The notes under the pieces were generated by a model that had not been told where the DNA came from, did not search any database, and was given only the letters and a program-made list of their open reading frames with translations. Source: Heterodontus francisci (lineage: Eukaryota). Taken from it: a stretch of 64,000 bases of DNA. The translations under genes were made by a program, and so were the position numbers. The stretch covers positions 11,780,001-11,844,000 of the forward strand of contig NC_090391.1 of assembly GCF_036365525.1 (NCBI RefSeq), written 5' to 3'. Positions 41,984 to 54,548 of the stretch are shown here, in pieces; the stretch's first letter is position 1, and each line of letters begins with the position of its first letter.

Positions 41984-43944
41984 CCCCCTCCCCCCAAAAA
42001 AATAGATTCTTCATAAAAATCTATAAAAACTACAATTCAAAACAGTTCAGGAAGAATGATCAAATCCGTCCACCTTTACCTTCTGGATGAATGATCGTGA
42101 GGACACTGGTGATTGGTCACTCTGTGCAGCTTCTCATTGTGTTGTTCGTGTGACCAATCAGATAGTTGCTTAGTTCACCAATCCGGAGACATCACTTCAA
42201 TAGGGCGGAAAATAACTGCTCCGGATTGGCAGACTCCAAACCGTTTCTTTTTCAAATTTGAAAGGCCTGCCAACAGATTTGTAAAACAAGGAGCGGCTTC
42301 ACTCGATATCACGTTAACAGATCATATAGCCTTACGACAGGGATGTAAAAATATCCCCTATATTGTATTGTTTCACATTTTCTCAAAAGTTCCAGATTCG
42401 CTTTTCCAATCCGGCATCTATTCGGATTCATTCTCTGTCCTGTTTTAAAACAGTCTGTAACCGGCAGGCAAAGAAGCCTCATTCACAGCATTCTGTAACC
42501 GGATACATTTCTGATCAATGTGAAAAAAACACATCACACATTATAAATTGGTTCCTATTCGTGGGAGACAAAGGAGGACTGTCCATTTTCAGTGTGAGGT
42601 GTTAAAGAGTGAGACTGAGGGTTCCTACACCACCGGGGTTTCTAAATAATGTACTTATTAATTATTGAAGCTAAACGTATGGGAGTCTGGGCCTTTCCCT
42701 TTATCTGTTAGTGTCCGATATGTGAATTTGGAGTTTAATCTGTACCTGTCAGTTTCTGTTATGGAAGGTTGTTTGATTTTGCCTCTGTACCTGTTAGTCA
42801 GTAATATGTTTGTGTAGCTTTACACTGCACATGTTAATTGATGATGTGTCAGTGTTGTTTTCACTCTACATGTCAGTCTCTGGTTTGCAAGCCTCGACTG
42901 CATTCTGTACCGATCAGACGTCTACACATGAGGGTGGGTTTTAACCTGTTCCTGCCAATCTGTTTTATGTCAGTACTGTTTATTATCTGGATCTGTAAGT
43001 TTCTGATGAATGAATGTGGACTGTATTGTATCCCTGTCAGTGATCATGAAGAGTTATTTTACACTGTAACTGCCAGTATCTGAAATCCGAGTGTGGGTTG
43101 TGATCTGCATCTGCCTGTTTCTGGTATGTGACATGAGCATTGTTTTCCCTTGGTGTGTGTGAGCCTCACGTGTCAGAAGCTGGGTTTAATTGTACATCTC
43201 ACTCTCTGCTGTCTGGTTGTGGATTTTCATCTGGAAAGTTAATTTCTGATATGCGCGTGTGAATTTTATTCTGTGTGCCAATTTCTGGGATGTGAGTGTG
43301 TGTTCTTTCTGTTCCTGTCAGTTTCTGACATGTGAATATGGATTTCCCTCTGTTCTGGTCAGTTACTGCAATGAAAGTCGCTCCTTTATTCTGTGCCTGT
43401 CAGTTTCTGGTCTGGAAGAAAGATTTTTATTCTTTACCTTTTATATACTGACAAGTGAATGTGAGCTCACCCTGTATCTGTCAGTTTGTGACAGTTACTG
43501 TGTCTTTTACTCTTCACCTGTCAGTTTCTGATATGTGAATGTGGATTTTATTCTGTACCTGTCAGCTGCTGCAAAGCAAGTATGTATTTTATTCTGTACC
43601 TGTATGTTTCTTGGAATTGATCGGAGCTTTTACTCGATATCTGTCAGTCTCTGGAATGTGAATGTTGCTATTACTCTGTGTCTGTCGGTGTCTGACTTGT
43701 CAGCAAGTGTTTTACTTTCCCTTTCTGTTCCTGACATATGAATGTGGATTTTACTATGTATCTCTCAGTTACTGATATGTGATTGTGGATTTTATTCTGT
43801 ATGCACAAGCCTATGATTAGTGATTGTGGCTTCTGTCCTAGACCTGTCACTATCTTGTTTCATATGTCCATTATTCTGTGCATGTTACTTTATGGGGAAT
43901 GACTGCAGGCTTTATACATTTCCTGCCATATTACCACTATGACT

Positions 43945-44530
43945 TCAAGAGCTGGTCAGAAGCCGGAGATTCTGTGGTTAGTAACTCACGTCCTAACTCC
44001 TTAAAGACTTTCGACCACTGACAAGTCACAAGTCAGAAGTCTGATGTATTACTGCCCACTTGCCTGGATGTGTGCACCCCAAACAACATTCAAGAAACTC
44101 TATACCATCCAGGACAAAGCAGCAGGCTTGATTGGCTGACCATTCACCAGATTAGCTTTTTACTCCCTCCACCAACAGTGCACAGTGTGGACCATCTACA
44201 AGATGTACTGCATCAACCTGAGGAAGCACCGTGAACAGAACCTTTCAAACATCTGCTACCAAGTAGAACATGGGCAGCAAACGTATGAGGACATTATCAC
44301 CTGCAAGTACATCTCCAGTTCATATGTCATCCTGACTTGAAAATATAACACTATTCCTGCATCATCACTCAGTCCAAATTCTGCAACTCCCTACCTAACA
44401 CCACTTTGGGTGTACCTACACTACAGAGACTGCAGGGAGCAAGAAGGCCGCTCGACACCATCTTCTAAAGGGCAATGAGAGATGGACAACAACTACTCTC
44501 CTTTCTACAGATGCTCACATCCCATAAACA
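43945..44530 (+). mobile_element. Non-LTR retrotransposon 3' end (L2/CR1 superclade)
   Basis: Degenerate RT C-terminal DNA (acaagtcacaagtcagaagtctgatgtattactgcccacttgcctggatg; accatccaggacaaagcagc) followed by a 3' UTR. Interrupts the degenerate repeat field. Confidence 0.7.
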
Positions 44531-45112
44531 TACACTACAAATAATCATAAAGGTGTGTATATGAATAACATTCGTTCTGTGTCTGTTCATCACTGGTACA
44601 GTATGAGTGTGGAAGTCATTCTCCATCTGTCACTCTGAAAGACAGGATCTGTTTGTTTATATTTAAGGAACAATGATGGAACTCTTACACAGCTAGATCT
44701 GTCCAACTATCTGTCTCTCTTTGTTTGGTTTGAGAGGTGAGGGATTCATTCTTTATCTCAGAATGTGGAATGTGACTGTGGGTTTTTCTCTTTATCTGTC
44801 AATTACTGATAAACAGATGTGGGTTTTCCACTGTACCTGTCTACATCTGATGTGAGTGTGGTTTTAACTCTTTTCTGTTAGTATCCGATGTATGAGCATG
44901 TGCTTCAATCTACCTGCCAACTTCTGATGTGAGTATGGGTTTTATTATTTATCTATCAGCTTCTGGTATGTAAGTGTTGGTTTTGTCATGTACCTGTCAG
45001 TTTCTGCTGAAGTGAACAGTGGTTTTGGTTTGCATCTCTCACTATCTGTTATGTGATAATGAGTATTGTTTTGTCCTTGTCAATTTCTGGAATAGCAGAA
45101 AGCACATAATAC

Positions 45113-45318
45113 AAAGCAAAATATTGTGAATGCTGGAAATTAAAAACAGAAAATGCTGTAAACACTCAGCAGGCCTGCCAACAACTGTGGAGACAGAAAC
45201 AGAGTTAACCTTTCAGGTCAATGGCCGTTCATCAATGATCTGAAATGTTAACTGCCTCCCTCTCTCCACAGGTGCTGCCAGACTTGCAGAGTATTTCCAG
45301 CATTTTCTGCTTTCATTT
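45113..45318. mobile_element. Palindromic Penelope-like terminal-repeat element
   Basis: Left arm aaaacagaaaatgctg...ctgtggagacagaaacagagttaac is the imperfect reverse complement of right arm gttaact...ctctccacag...tccagcattttctg. The same family occurs at 50365-50482. Confidence 0.65.
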
Positions 45319-48300
45319 ACACTGTACCTTTTATATTCTGGCAAGTGAATGTGGGATCACTCTTCATCCTTTCATTTCTGATGTGTGAATGTGGATTTTA
45401 CCCAGCATGTTGTCATTTACTGCAATGCAAATACCTGTTTTATTCTGTACCTTTTTGTTTGTGGTAATTGATTGTGGGTTTTACCCTGCATTTGTCAGTC
45501 TCTGTAATGTGAATGCCGCTATTACTCTGTATTTGTCTGTGCATGATTTGTGAGGATATGTTTTACTTTCGCTGTCTGTTTCTGGCATGTGAATGTGGAT
45601 TTTGCTATGTACCTCTGAGTTACTTTATGTGTATGTGGGTTTTATTCTGTTTCTGCATGTCTCTGACAAGTGTAACGTTTTCCCTGTACCTATCGATATC
45701 ACACTTGTCAGTGTGGCCATTATTCTGTACGTGTTGCTTTATGGTAGTGCTTTTCCTGTCAATATCTGATATGCTACTATACATTTTATTCTGTACTTGT
45801 CAGATTCTGTGACGTGATATTGTTTTTCTCTGTCTATGTGTGTCTGGTATGTCATCATCAGTTTTACTGTGTACCTATTAGCTTCTAGTATCTGAGTATT
45901 AGGTTCACATTGTATATTTCAATTTGTTCTGTGAATCTGCTTCGGCCTTGAACTGACAGTTTCTATTCTGTGACTGGTCATTGAAAGGATGATTGTTAAT
46001 TTCTGCTCAATAGGTATTTATTTAACTCTGTTCATGTCAGTCTCTGCAATGGGAATTTGTGATTTATGCTGAATCTGCCATTTGTTTATCTTGATGGCAT
46101 GCTTAATTCTGTTCCTGTCAGTCTCTGTTTTTAAGGTATTTTTTCTGAGTATTTGTCAGTCTCTGACGTGTGAGTGTGGGATTTCCTTTGTGGCTGTAAG
46201 TTTTTAATGTGAATGAGAGGTTTTTAATTCTGTACATGGCAATCCTGAAAAACGAGCATGGGTTTTACTCTGTAACCCTCATACTCTGGTATTTGTGTTT
46301 GTGTCTTGTTCTTCTCATTACCTGTCTGTTTCTGAAAAGTTTGTTTGAATTTTACTTTGTACCAGTTACATACTGATCACTGTTTGTGGAGTGTACTCTG
46401 CACCTCTCACTTTCTTATGTGATTGAGATTTATATCTGTACCAGTCAATCTCTGGTATTTGCATCTAGATTTTACTCCACATCAGTCTAACTCAGAATTG
46501 TGAGTGTTGTTTTTTAGCTTGTTTCCTTTGTACTTTGCAGTATGGATCTGTAATTGTCACTTTCTGGTATTTGTGTGTAGCTTTTCTTTCATGTCTCTCA
46601 GTCTCTGTTGTGTTTTTCTGTATTGGGCGGGGGGTGAGTGGGTTTGCTTCATGCCTGTCAGTTTCTATATGTTAGTGCAGTTTTATTTTCTAGTGGGTGA
46701 GTGTTTTTTTTTCACTTCTTTTGCTGTATTATTCAGTTCCTTGGATACGGGTGTAAGTTTCACTCGATGTCTCTCTATCCCTCGTCTATAGTTTATCTCT
46801 GTCAGTTTCTGATTTTGAGTGTGGTTTTATCTGTACCTGTCACTTTGTTTTATGTGAGAAACGTTTTATTCTGTATCTTTCAGTTTCTGATGTTTGTTTG
46901 TGTGTCTTGAACTTCTGCCCCTCAGTTTATTGCATGTGAATGTGGGTTTGACTGTTAATCTAACACTCACTTGTATATGAGTGCTGTTTACTCTTCATCT
47001 TTGATTGTCTGGTTTGTAAATTTAAGTTTTAACCTGTTCATTTAAATTTCTAATGTGCAGGTCTGGTTTTTAACCTGTCTATGTCATGTTCTGGTATACA
47101 AGTATGTGTTTCAGTCTGGCTTTTGAGTCTGGATTGTACACCACATCTCTACATTCTCTAGAATATGGGTGTGATTTTTAATCTGTGAGATTTACTTTGT
47201 ACATTTCATTCTCTGGTCTGTGACTGCTGAATTTATTCTGTATCTGTCAGTTTATGTTATGTGAGTGTGAGTTTTAGTCTGTATCTGTCAGTATCTGGTA
47301 TATAAATCTTCTTAATTATGTGTGAGTTTTAGTCTGTATCTGTCAGTTTATGTGATGTGACATTGAGTTTTAGTCTGTATCTGTCAGTATCTGGTATATA
47401 AATCTTCTTAATTATGTGTGTGTTTTATTCTGTATCTATCAGTATATGTTATGTGAGTGTGAGTTTTAGTTTGTATCTGTCAGTATCTGGTATATAAATC
47501 TTCTTAATTATGTGTGTGTTTTATTCTGTATCTGTCAGTGTGTGAAGTGCAAGTGTTGGGTTTTCTTTGTACCTGTCAGTTATGGATGAGAGATCTTCAC
47601 TCTCTAACAGTAAATTTCTTGGAATTCACTGTGGATTTCACTCTGTGTCTGTCATTCTCTGGTGGTTGAGTGTGGCTTTTAGACTGCATTTGCTATTTTC
47701 TGATATGTCAATGTAGATTTTAATCTTTAGCTGTTATTTTCTAGTATGCGAGTCTGGGTGTCAATCTGTCACTGTCAGTTTCTCATATGTGAGGGAGGCA
47801 GTTATTCAACACCTGTTACTTTCTGAAATGTATGAAGGTTTTTATCTTTCCCTGTCAGTTTCTGGTATGTGATTGTTGCCTTTGTTCTGTCCCTATCTGT
47901 TTCTGTGAATGGAATGTGGGTTCTGTTCCTGTCAGTTTCTGGTATGTGATTGTTGCCTTTGTTCTGTCTCTATCTGTTTCTGTGAATGGAATGTGGGTTC
48001 TGTTCCTGTCAGTTTCTGGTATGTGAATGTGGGTTTATGCTGTATCTTTCAATCTTTGGAATTTGATTATGTGCTTTCTGCAGCACCTTTTAGCTTCTGT
48101 TAAGTGAATGAGATGTTAATTCTGCACCTGTCCATTGATAGTATATGAATGTTTATTTTACTTTGTACCTGTCAGTTTATGGAACATGAAAGTGTTTCCC
48201 ACCCCATCCCCCGCCCCGCTCCCCCCCCGCCCCCCACCCGTCAACTTCCAATATGTGACTGTTGTTTTATTCTATACCTGCCATTTTCTGTATATGATTC

Positions 48301-48889
48301 TGGTTTTTGATCTTTACCTGTCAGTTTCTCTTACTTGAGTGAGTTTTACTTTGCACCAGTTGGTTTCTGGAATGTGTCACTTTTAAGCTGCACCTGTAAA
48401 GTTAAGATATAACACTGTGGGTTAATTCTGTATCTTTCAAACTCTAGTGTGTGATATGGGGATTTTCTCTGAACCTTTCGATTTTTGGTCTGTGTGTTTT
48501 AATCTGCAGCTTACAGTTCCTGATAGGTGTGTTTGCACATTTTCTTTTTTTCTGCAGCTATCAATGTCTACTACACAAGTATGTGTGTTCTTCCTATCAT
48601 TCAATTTCTCTTATTGGAGAATTGATTTTTCTTTGTCCCTCTTAGTCTCTGGTATGTGTCCATGTGTCTTACGTGGTAACTGCAGTTTCAGTTAGGTGAC
48701 TCTGGTGTTATTCTCTATCTGACAGTCTCTTGCATGTGAGTGGTTTTATTTTCTTCTCTGTAGCTGTCAGTCTCCCTTCTGTGGCTGGAGGTTTTAATTT
48801 TTACTTTAACTCTTTAATAGTTTGTAAATGTGAATTTTACTCTGTCTGTCTGTTTACTGTATATGGGTATGTTTTTTGAAATCATCAGT

Positions 48890-49890
48890 TTCATAGAATC
48901 ATAGAAAGTTTAAGGCACAGAAAGAGGTCACTTAATCCCACCTTCCAGGATTTGTTCCTGAACCCTGTAGCTTATGGCACTTGAGGTTCATATTCAGAGT
49001 AGTTTTGAACCAGTTGAGGGTTCCTGCCTCAACTATCCTTTCAGGTAATGACTTCCAGACCCCCAACACCCTCTGGGTGATTTTCTTTCCCTCATCTCCC
49101 CTGCAATTTTTCTACCAATCAAAACAAAAGAACAAAGATAATTACAGCACAGGAACAGGCCCTTCGGCCCTCCAAGCCTGCGCCGATCCAGATCCTCTCT
49201 CTAAACATGTTGCCCATTTTTTAAGGTTCTGTATCTCTTTTCTTCCTGCCCATTCATGTATCTGTCTAGATACATCTTAAAAGACGCCATCGTGCCCGCA
49301 TCTACCACCTCCGCTGGCAATGCGTTCCAGGCACCCACCACCCTCTGCGTAAAGAACTTTCCACGCATATCCCCCCTAAACTTTTCCCCTTTCACTTTGA
49401 ACTCGTGTCCTCTAGTAATTGAATCCCCCACTCTGGGAAAAAGTCTCTTGCTATCCACCCTGTCTATACCTCTCATGATTTTGTACACCTCAATCAGGTC
49501 CCCCCTCAACCTCCGTCTTTCTAATGAAAATAATCCTAATCTACTCAACCTCTCTTCATAGCTAGCGCCCTCCATACCAGGCAACATCCTGGTGAACCTT
49601 CTCTGCACCCTCTCCAAAGCATCCAAAGCATCTATGGCCCTCATCAATGACCTCTCTGTTCAGACCCTTCACCTCCACTCTGTCCAGGTCCCTCAAAATT
49701 CTGTACATTTCAATCAGCTCTTCCCTCAGCCTTCACTGCTCCAAAGAGAATATTCCCAGCCTATCCAATCTTTCCTCACAGCTGCATTTTTTCAGTTCTG
49801 GCAACATCCTCAGAAATCTCCTCAGTACCCTCTCTAGTGCAATTGCATCCTTACTGTAATGAGGTGACCAGAACTGGACACAGTTTCAGG
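48890..49890 (-). mobile_element. Older CR1 3' fragment interrupted by a younger CR1
   Basis: Tail catagaatcatagaaa at 48,892. The element resumes at ~49,645-49,890 (ctggcaacatcct, aggtgaccagaactggacacag). Confidence 0.8.
49121..49640 (-). mobile_element. Young CR1 LINE 3' fragment (nested)
   Basis: Uninterrupted ORF 49201-49647: LERVQRRFTRMLPGME...LGLFSLERRRLRGDLIEVYKIM...FFTQRVVGAWNALP. Separate 3' tail. Confidence 0.92.
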
Positions 49891-50183
49891 TATGTGAGGG
49901 TGAGATTCAGTCTCTATTTTACTGTATCCAGGATGTGTCTCTCTTGTGAGATTGATATCGTGCCTTTCAATCTGATCATGGGTGTGCTTTTGAATTGAGA
50001 TTGATGTACCTAACATTCAGCAGTACAGAATTGGAATGGATTAGAAGCAATGTATGTCTCTTCTGCTTTGTTTGATTGCTGTATTGAAAATATGTCTCTG
50101 AACTTGGGATCAGCGAGAGTTTGACTACTTGTGCTCCATGTGACTCTGGAATTAACTGATGGCCTCCAGGAGTGATAACATAC

Positions 50184-50267
50184 CTACTCTATGTTGTAAG
50201 GAGCTGACTGCACATTTCCTTGTGCCTGGGAATCATCACATTCATTCTGTTCCCTTGAAGTATTTGC
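50184..50267 (-). other. Putative internal exon, copy 2
   Basis: Minus strand reads ttcttcctttctgcAG|gcaaatac...atagagtag|GTatgt. Homologous to 29379-29449, including the flanks. Confidence 0.55.
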
Positions 50268-50361
50268 CTGCAGAAAGGAAGAACAATATCTCTTGTAACT
50301 GAAGATCAGTTGAGGTGGAAGCTTAAGAGATAAATGTAACATTTCAATTAATAATCATTAT

Positions 50362-50482
50362 TACTGACCCGGAACGATAACTCTGCTTCCTTTCCACAGA
50401 TGCTGCCAGACCTGCTGAGTGGTTCCAGCATTTCTTGTTTTTATTTCAGATTTCCAGCATCCGCAGTATTTTGCTTTCATTA
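50362..50482 (+). mobile_element. Penelope-like terminal fragment flanked by 37-bp direct repeats
   Basis: ccacagatgctgccagacctgctgagt...tttccagcatccgcagtattttgcttt. Direct repeats at 50325-50361 and 50483-50519. Confidence 0.65.
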
Positions 50483-50726
50483 AAGAGATTAATGTAACAT
50501 TTCAATTAATAATCATTATGACTAACCACAAATACTCACCAGAAATACAAAGAATGTCAATGTCTGATTTCACTGCAGAATAAAGCATCTGCTGACCAGG
50601 TGTTTTGACCGATTTACAGCAATTTAGTGACATCCAGAAACAAGCCAACATCTGCACTGCTCCAAGATTGGGATTACCTGAGGGATGTTTGTGTAGATCA
50701 GGTTTCTATTTCCACCTGACATTATA

Positions 50727-51040
50727 ACATAAGAACCTAAGAAGTAGGAGCAGGAGTAGGCCATTCAGTCTCTCGAGTCTGATCGGTCGTTCAATAAGAT
50801 TATGGAGGATCTAATCGTGGATTCAGCTCCATTATCCTGCCTGCTCCCAGAACACATTACTCCCATGGAGATCAAAAGTTTAACTGATCCTTGAATATAT
50901 TTAACAACCCAGCCTCCACTGCTCTTTGAGGTAGAGAAGTCCAAAGATTAATGACACTTTGAGAGAAGAAATTCCTCCTTCCCTCCGTCTAAAATGAGGG
51001 ATCTCTTATTCTGAAACTGTGCGCCCGACATCTTGATTCC
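50727..51040 (-). mobile_element. CR1 LINE 3' fragment
   Basis: Tail aagaacctaagaagtaggagcaggagtaggccattcag, same subfamily as 29,620. Confidence 0.8.
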
Positions 51041-51160
51041 CCTATTCACTGTACACTCACAGTAAACAGCGTGAAACAGGAGTTAAACCACCAACATGTA
51101 TTACAGAACTGAGGCGAGGATCAGCAAAGATTTTCAACAGCAGCTTAATCACGTTCTGTC

Positions 51161-51540
51161 TCACTTACCTAGTGCACACACAGGCCGAGAAAGGCCTCTC
51201 CATTCCGCCGCTCACTCCATGTTCCGGGAGCAGTTCATCCTCCACATTGCCTCTCACAAACAGCCCGCGACTCCCCCTGAACTTGCCCCGGAGTCAATGG
51301 TGATCTCTGATCCAGACTGCGGACAGGGTCCCAAAGCAATGTGCTGCTGGAAGCAGATTGCTGTTTGCTGCCTTCCCCCTAGGCCGTAATATCTCCATTC
51401 ACTCCTTTAAAAACAAACTCTTTCCGCTCACTGAGTAGATGGTGTTCAACAGATTTGCTGGAGGAGTGGAGCGCGCATGCGTACATTCGCTCATTCACAA
51501 TCAGCGGGAGGGGCGGGTTAATACCGCGCATGCGCCGCAA
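51161..51540 (-). promoter_or_regulatory. CpG promoter and first exon, copy 2
   Basis: GCGCATGCG at 51473-51481, GC box at ~51510, GCGCATGCGC at 51526-51535. Donor AG|GTAAGTGA with GT at 51168-51167. Aligns to 37,150-37,460. Confidence 0.55.
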
Positions 51541-52049
51541 TCGGCAATAGTTTGAAAAACAAAAATCAATCGGAACTTTCTCCAGTTCAGTTTTATCTGA
51601 TTTTGAGCAATGGAACCGGGACTGTGGGCAAGATTAGAGAAGGTTTCCAGCTGGGAGATTACCCCTTTACCAAGCTCAACTTGAGATCATTCTCTGCACT
51701 ATCTTTGCTGTTCATTAGCTCGAATTCTCAAAGTGATCCTCCGAGGGAGTCGATGTGTTTGCCGGAATGGGGCAGGAGTTAATATATGACAGTTACAGTC
51801 ACAGATCAATTTAATCAGATTGAAACTGTCTGTCACTGAGAGTCAGAGCGAAGGGTTTGAGCTGAAAGATTACAGAGTGTTCAACAGGACGGAGAAAGTT
51901 ACATTTGGGACATTGTATGCCTCACTCTCTGACACTTTCCCGGTCTGTGAGATTAATAATGTGTCTTTCTCTGGCACCATATCAGTGAGAGATGAGATTG
52001 TAACGTCTGTTTCCCCTTTCGAGATAAAACGAATCATACATTTCAGCCG

Positions 52050-53100
52050 AAAACTCAATAATTACAGGCCAGTCAGTCTAACCTCAGTATTGGTCAAATT
52101 ATTGAAATGTATTCTGAGAGACAAGATAAACTGTCACTTAGAAAGGCACATACCAACTGAATTGAATTTTAAAAAGGATGATAGATGAGGGTAGTGCAGT
52201 TGATGGATTCTACATAAATTTTAGCAAGGCTTTTGACAAGGTCCCAAAATACAGAATCTTTAAAAAATAGCATCTCATGAGATCCAGGGAAATGCAGCAA
52301 AGTGGATGTAAAATCGGCTCAGTGGCAGGAAACAAAGAGTCATTGTTGACGGCTGCTTTTGAGACTGGAGGGTTGTTTCCAGTGGTTTTCCTCAGGGCAC
52401 AGTAATGGGTCCCCTGTTTTTTTGATGATCTACATGAACAATTTGGGCATAAATGTTGAGGAACACGATCAAGAAGTTTACAGACGACACCAACATTGGC
52501 CATGTGGTAGATAGAAAGGAGGATTGCTGTGGGCTGGAGGAAGATGTTTATGGTCCGGTCAAAAGTGCAGAAAAGTGGCACATAGAATTCAACCTGGAGA
52601 AGTGTGATGTGATGCACTTGGGGAGGTCAAACAATGCAAAGGAATACAGGATTAATGAGAAAATACTGAGAGGTGCAGAGGAGGTGAGGGACCTTGGAGT
52701 AAATGTTCACAGATCCCTGAAGGTAACAGGGCAGGGTGATAATGTGGTTAAGACGACATATGGAATCCTTTCCTTTATTAGCCGAGGTATAGAATATAAG
52801 AGGAGGAAGGGTATGCTGGAACTTTATCATCATTGGTTCGGCCAGAACTTGAGTACTGTGTGCAGTTCTGGTCACCTCATTACAGAAAGGATGTAATTGC
52901 ACTAGAGAGGGTACAGAGGAGATTTACGAGGATATTGCCAGGACTGAAAAATGCAGCTATGAGGTAAGATTGGATAGACTGTGGTTGTTCTCCTTGGAAC
53001 AGAGAAGGCTGACGGGAGATCTGATTGAAATGTACAAAATGTTAACGGGCCTGGATAGAGTGGAGCTGAAGGGTCTATTTACCACAGCAGGGAGATCAAA
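52050..53100 (+). mobile_element. CR1 LINE RT fragment with internal deletions
   Basis: NYRPVSLTSV, KFTDDT (FADDT), KWHIEFNLEKCDVMHLG. Confidence 0.9.
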
Positions 53101-53567
53101 ACCTGTCCTGGGAACTCTACATTTAGCGAACAGTTTAACATGAGAGTGTGCAGATGTGAATATTGTGTAAGGGAGAGTGTATTAAAGGTGCAGGCGAGTT
53201 AGTCTAATGTCACTGTGTTTGTGGGTCCGGACACATCGCCGGATTTTCGAGTGTCTCTTGTGTCAAGTAACAAGATTTTGCAGTCAAAGAAGCACATTGC
53301 TCCCCTTCCCATCCCCAAAGTGGGAATTCAGTGCAGTTTCTTTATTGATTTCAAGATTTCAGTCGAAAAGTCGAGAACATGTCAGTTTTCGGGGGAGTGA
53401 GCGCCATCAGTGCAGCAATAAAACAGGTTTCAGTCAAAAATGGAGTTTTTACTTCAAGTGCAAACTTTTCGACAGCAAGCATTCTGATGTCAGAGACAGG
53501 AAGGATCTAGTCTGGGACTCTGCAGTCCCCGAATTTCAGTGGAATTGGAGAGTTTAGGACCAGAGAG

Positions 53568-53645
53568 AAACACAGAGAGGCAGCAGGAGCCGGGAGTTGA
53601 CAGCAGGTTGTCTCCGCCCCCGTCCGCTCACTGCCTTTAAGTTGC
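53568..53645 (+). promoter_or_regulatory. H1 promoter (H1/AC box, GC box, TATA-like)
   Basis: AAACACA at 53568-53574, CTCCGCCCC at ~53612, TTTAAG at ~53636. Confidence 0.65.
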
Positions 53646-53719
53646 TCAGTGCCGCCACCACCGGCTTCAGTTCTGACCCAGTCCTGACTGACAGACAGAA
53701 TTTGTGCAGTGTCCCGGAC

Positions 53720-54470
53720 ATGACTGATACAGCAGCCGCCGAAACGGCTCCTCCAGCTGCCGCCGCTCAAGTCAAGACTCCCAAGAAGAAGAAAGCGGCT
53801 CCACGGAAGAAGTCAGCCGGTCCCACATTGAGCGAGCAGATCCTCAGGATTGTGGCGGATTGCACCGATCGCAGGGGGACCTCACTGCCCGCCATAAAGA
53901 AGGCTCTGGGTCGGAGCGGTGTCGATGTGGGGAAGTTCAGGACCCAAATCAAGCAAAGTATCAGGCGGAATGTGAACAAAGGCTCCCTGGTGCAGAGCAG
54001 CGGTACGGGCGCCTCCGGCTCCTTCAAAATCCCTAAGCAGGGAACCAAGGGAAATGTGGGAAAGAAAGTGAAGTTCGGAGCAGGCAAAATACCTTTAGTG
54101 GAGAAAACAGCTGGTAAGAAAGTGACAGCAAAGAAATCAGCAGCCAAGAAATTACCAGTCAAGAAACTAGCAGCCAAGAAATCGGCAGCGAAGAAAACAG
54201 CAGGCAAGAAAGTGACCAGTAAAGAAAGTAGCAGCCAAGAAATCGGCAGTGAAAAAAACAGCAGGCAAGAAAGTGACCAGTAAGAAGGCGGCAACGCCAA
54301 AGAAATCCCCAGGGAAGAAAGCAGCGCTTCCGAAAAATTCTCCTGTGAAGAAGGCCAAAAATCCCAAGAGTGCCACGGGCGGAAAGGCGCTCCAGAAAGT
54401 TCAAACATCAAGGGGCAAGACCAAGCCGAAAGCAGCAAAGGCTCAGAAAGCAGCCCCTGGAAAGAAGTGA
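53720..54470 (+). pseudogene. H1: Histone H1 with a +1 frameshift in the C-terminal tail (truncated gene or sequencing error)
   Basis: MTDTAAAETAPP..., winged-helix domain ending GTGASGSFK, Lys/Ala-rich tail. An extra A at ~54221-54223 shifts the frame (stop at 54283). The true tail continues to TGA at 54468-54470. Confidence 0.88.
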
Positions 54471-54506
54471 AACTGCACGGGAAACTTGTAGACATCTGAA
54501 CCCAAA

Positions 54507-54548
54507 GGCTCTTTTCAGAGCCACCCACATCTCTCAGGAAAGAGCTGA
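54507..54548 (+). terminator. Histone stem-loop and HDE (H1)
   Basis: GGCTCTTTTCAGAGCC-ACCCA at 54507-54527; GGAAAGAGCTG downstream. Confidence 0.93.

Larger units (their letters stand above)
42690..48870. repeat. Old degenerate ~42-46-bp repeat field related to the 46-bp satellite, with TE interruptions
   Basis: Recurrent motifs tgtgagtgtgg(g/a)tttt-attctgta(c/t)ctgtcagtttctg. Local younger duplications at ~47,270-47,520 (96-bp period) and ~47,850-48,025 (~74-77 bp). Confidence 0.8.

Noticed and set aside
42838-48695. Hydrophobic Cys/Phe-rich ORFs
   Set aside because: Products of the TG-rich degenerate repeat field, with no domain signature.
53597-53719. N-terminal extension of H1 in the ORF track
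   Set aside because: It starts at a TTG upstream of the TATA-like box. The real start is the ATG at 53720.
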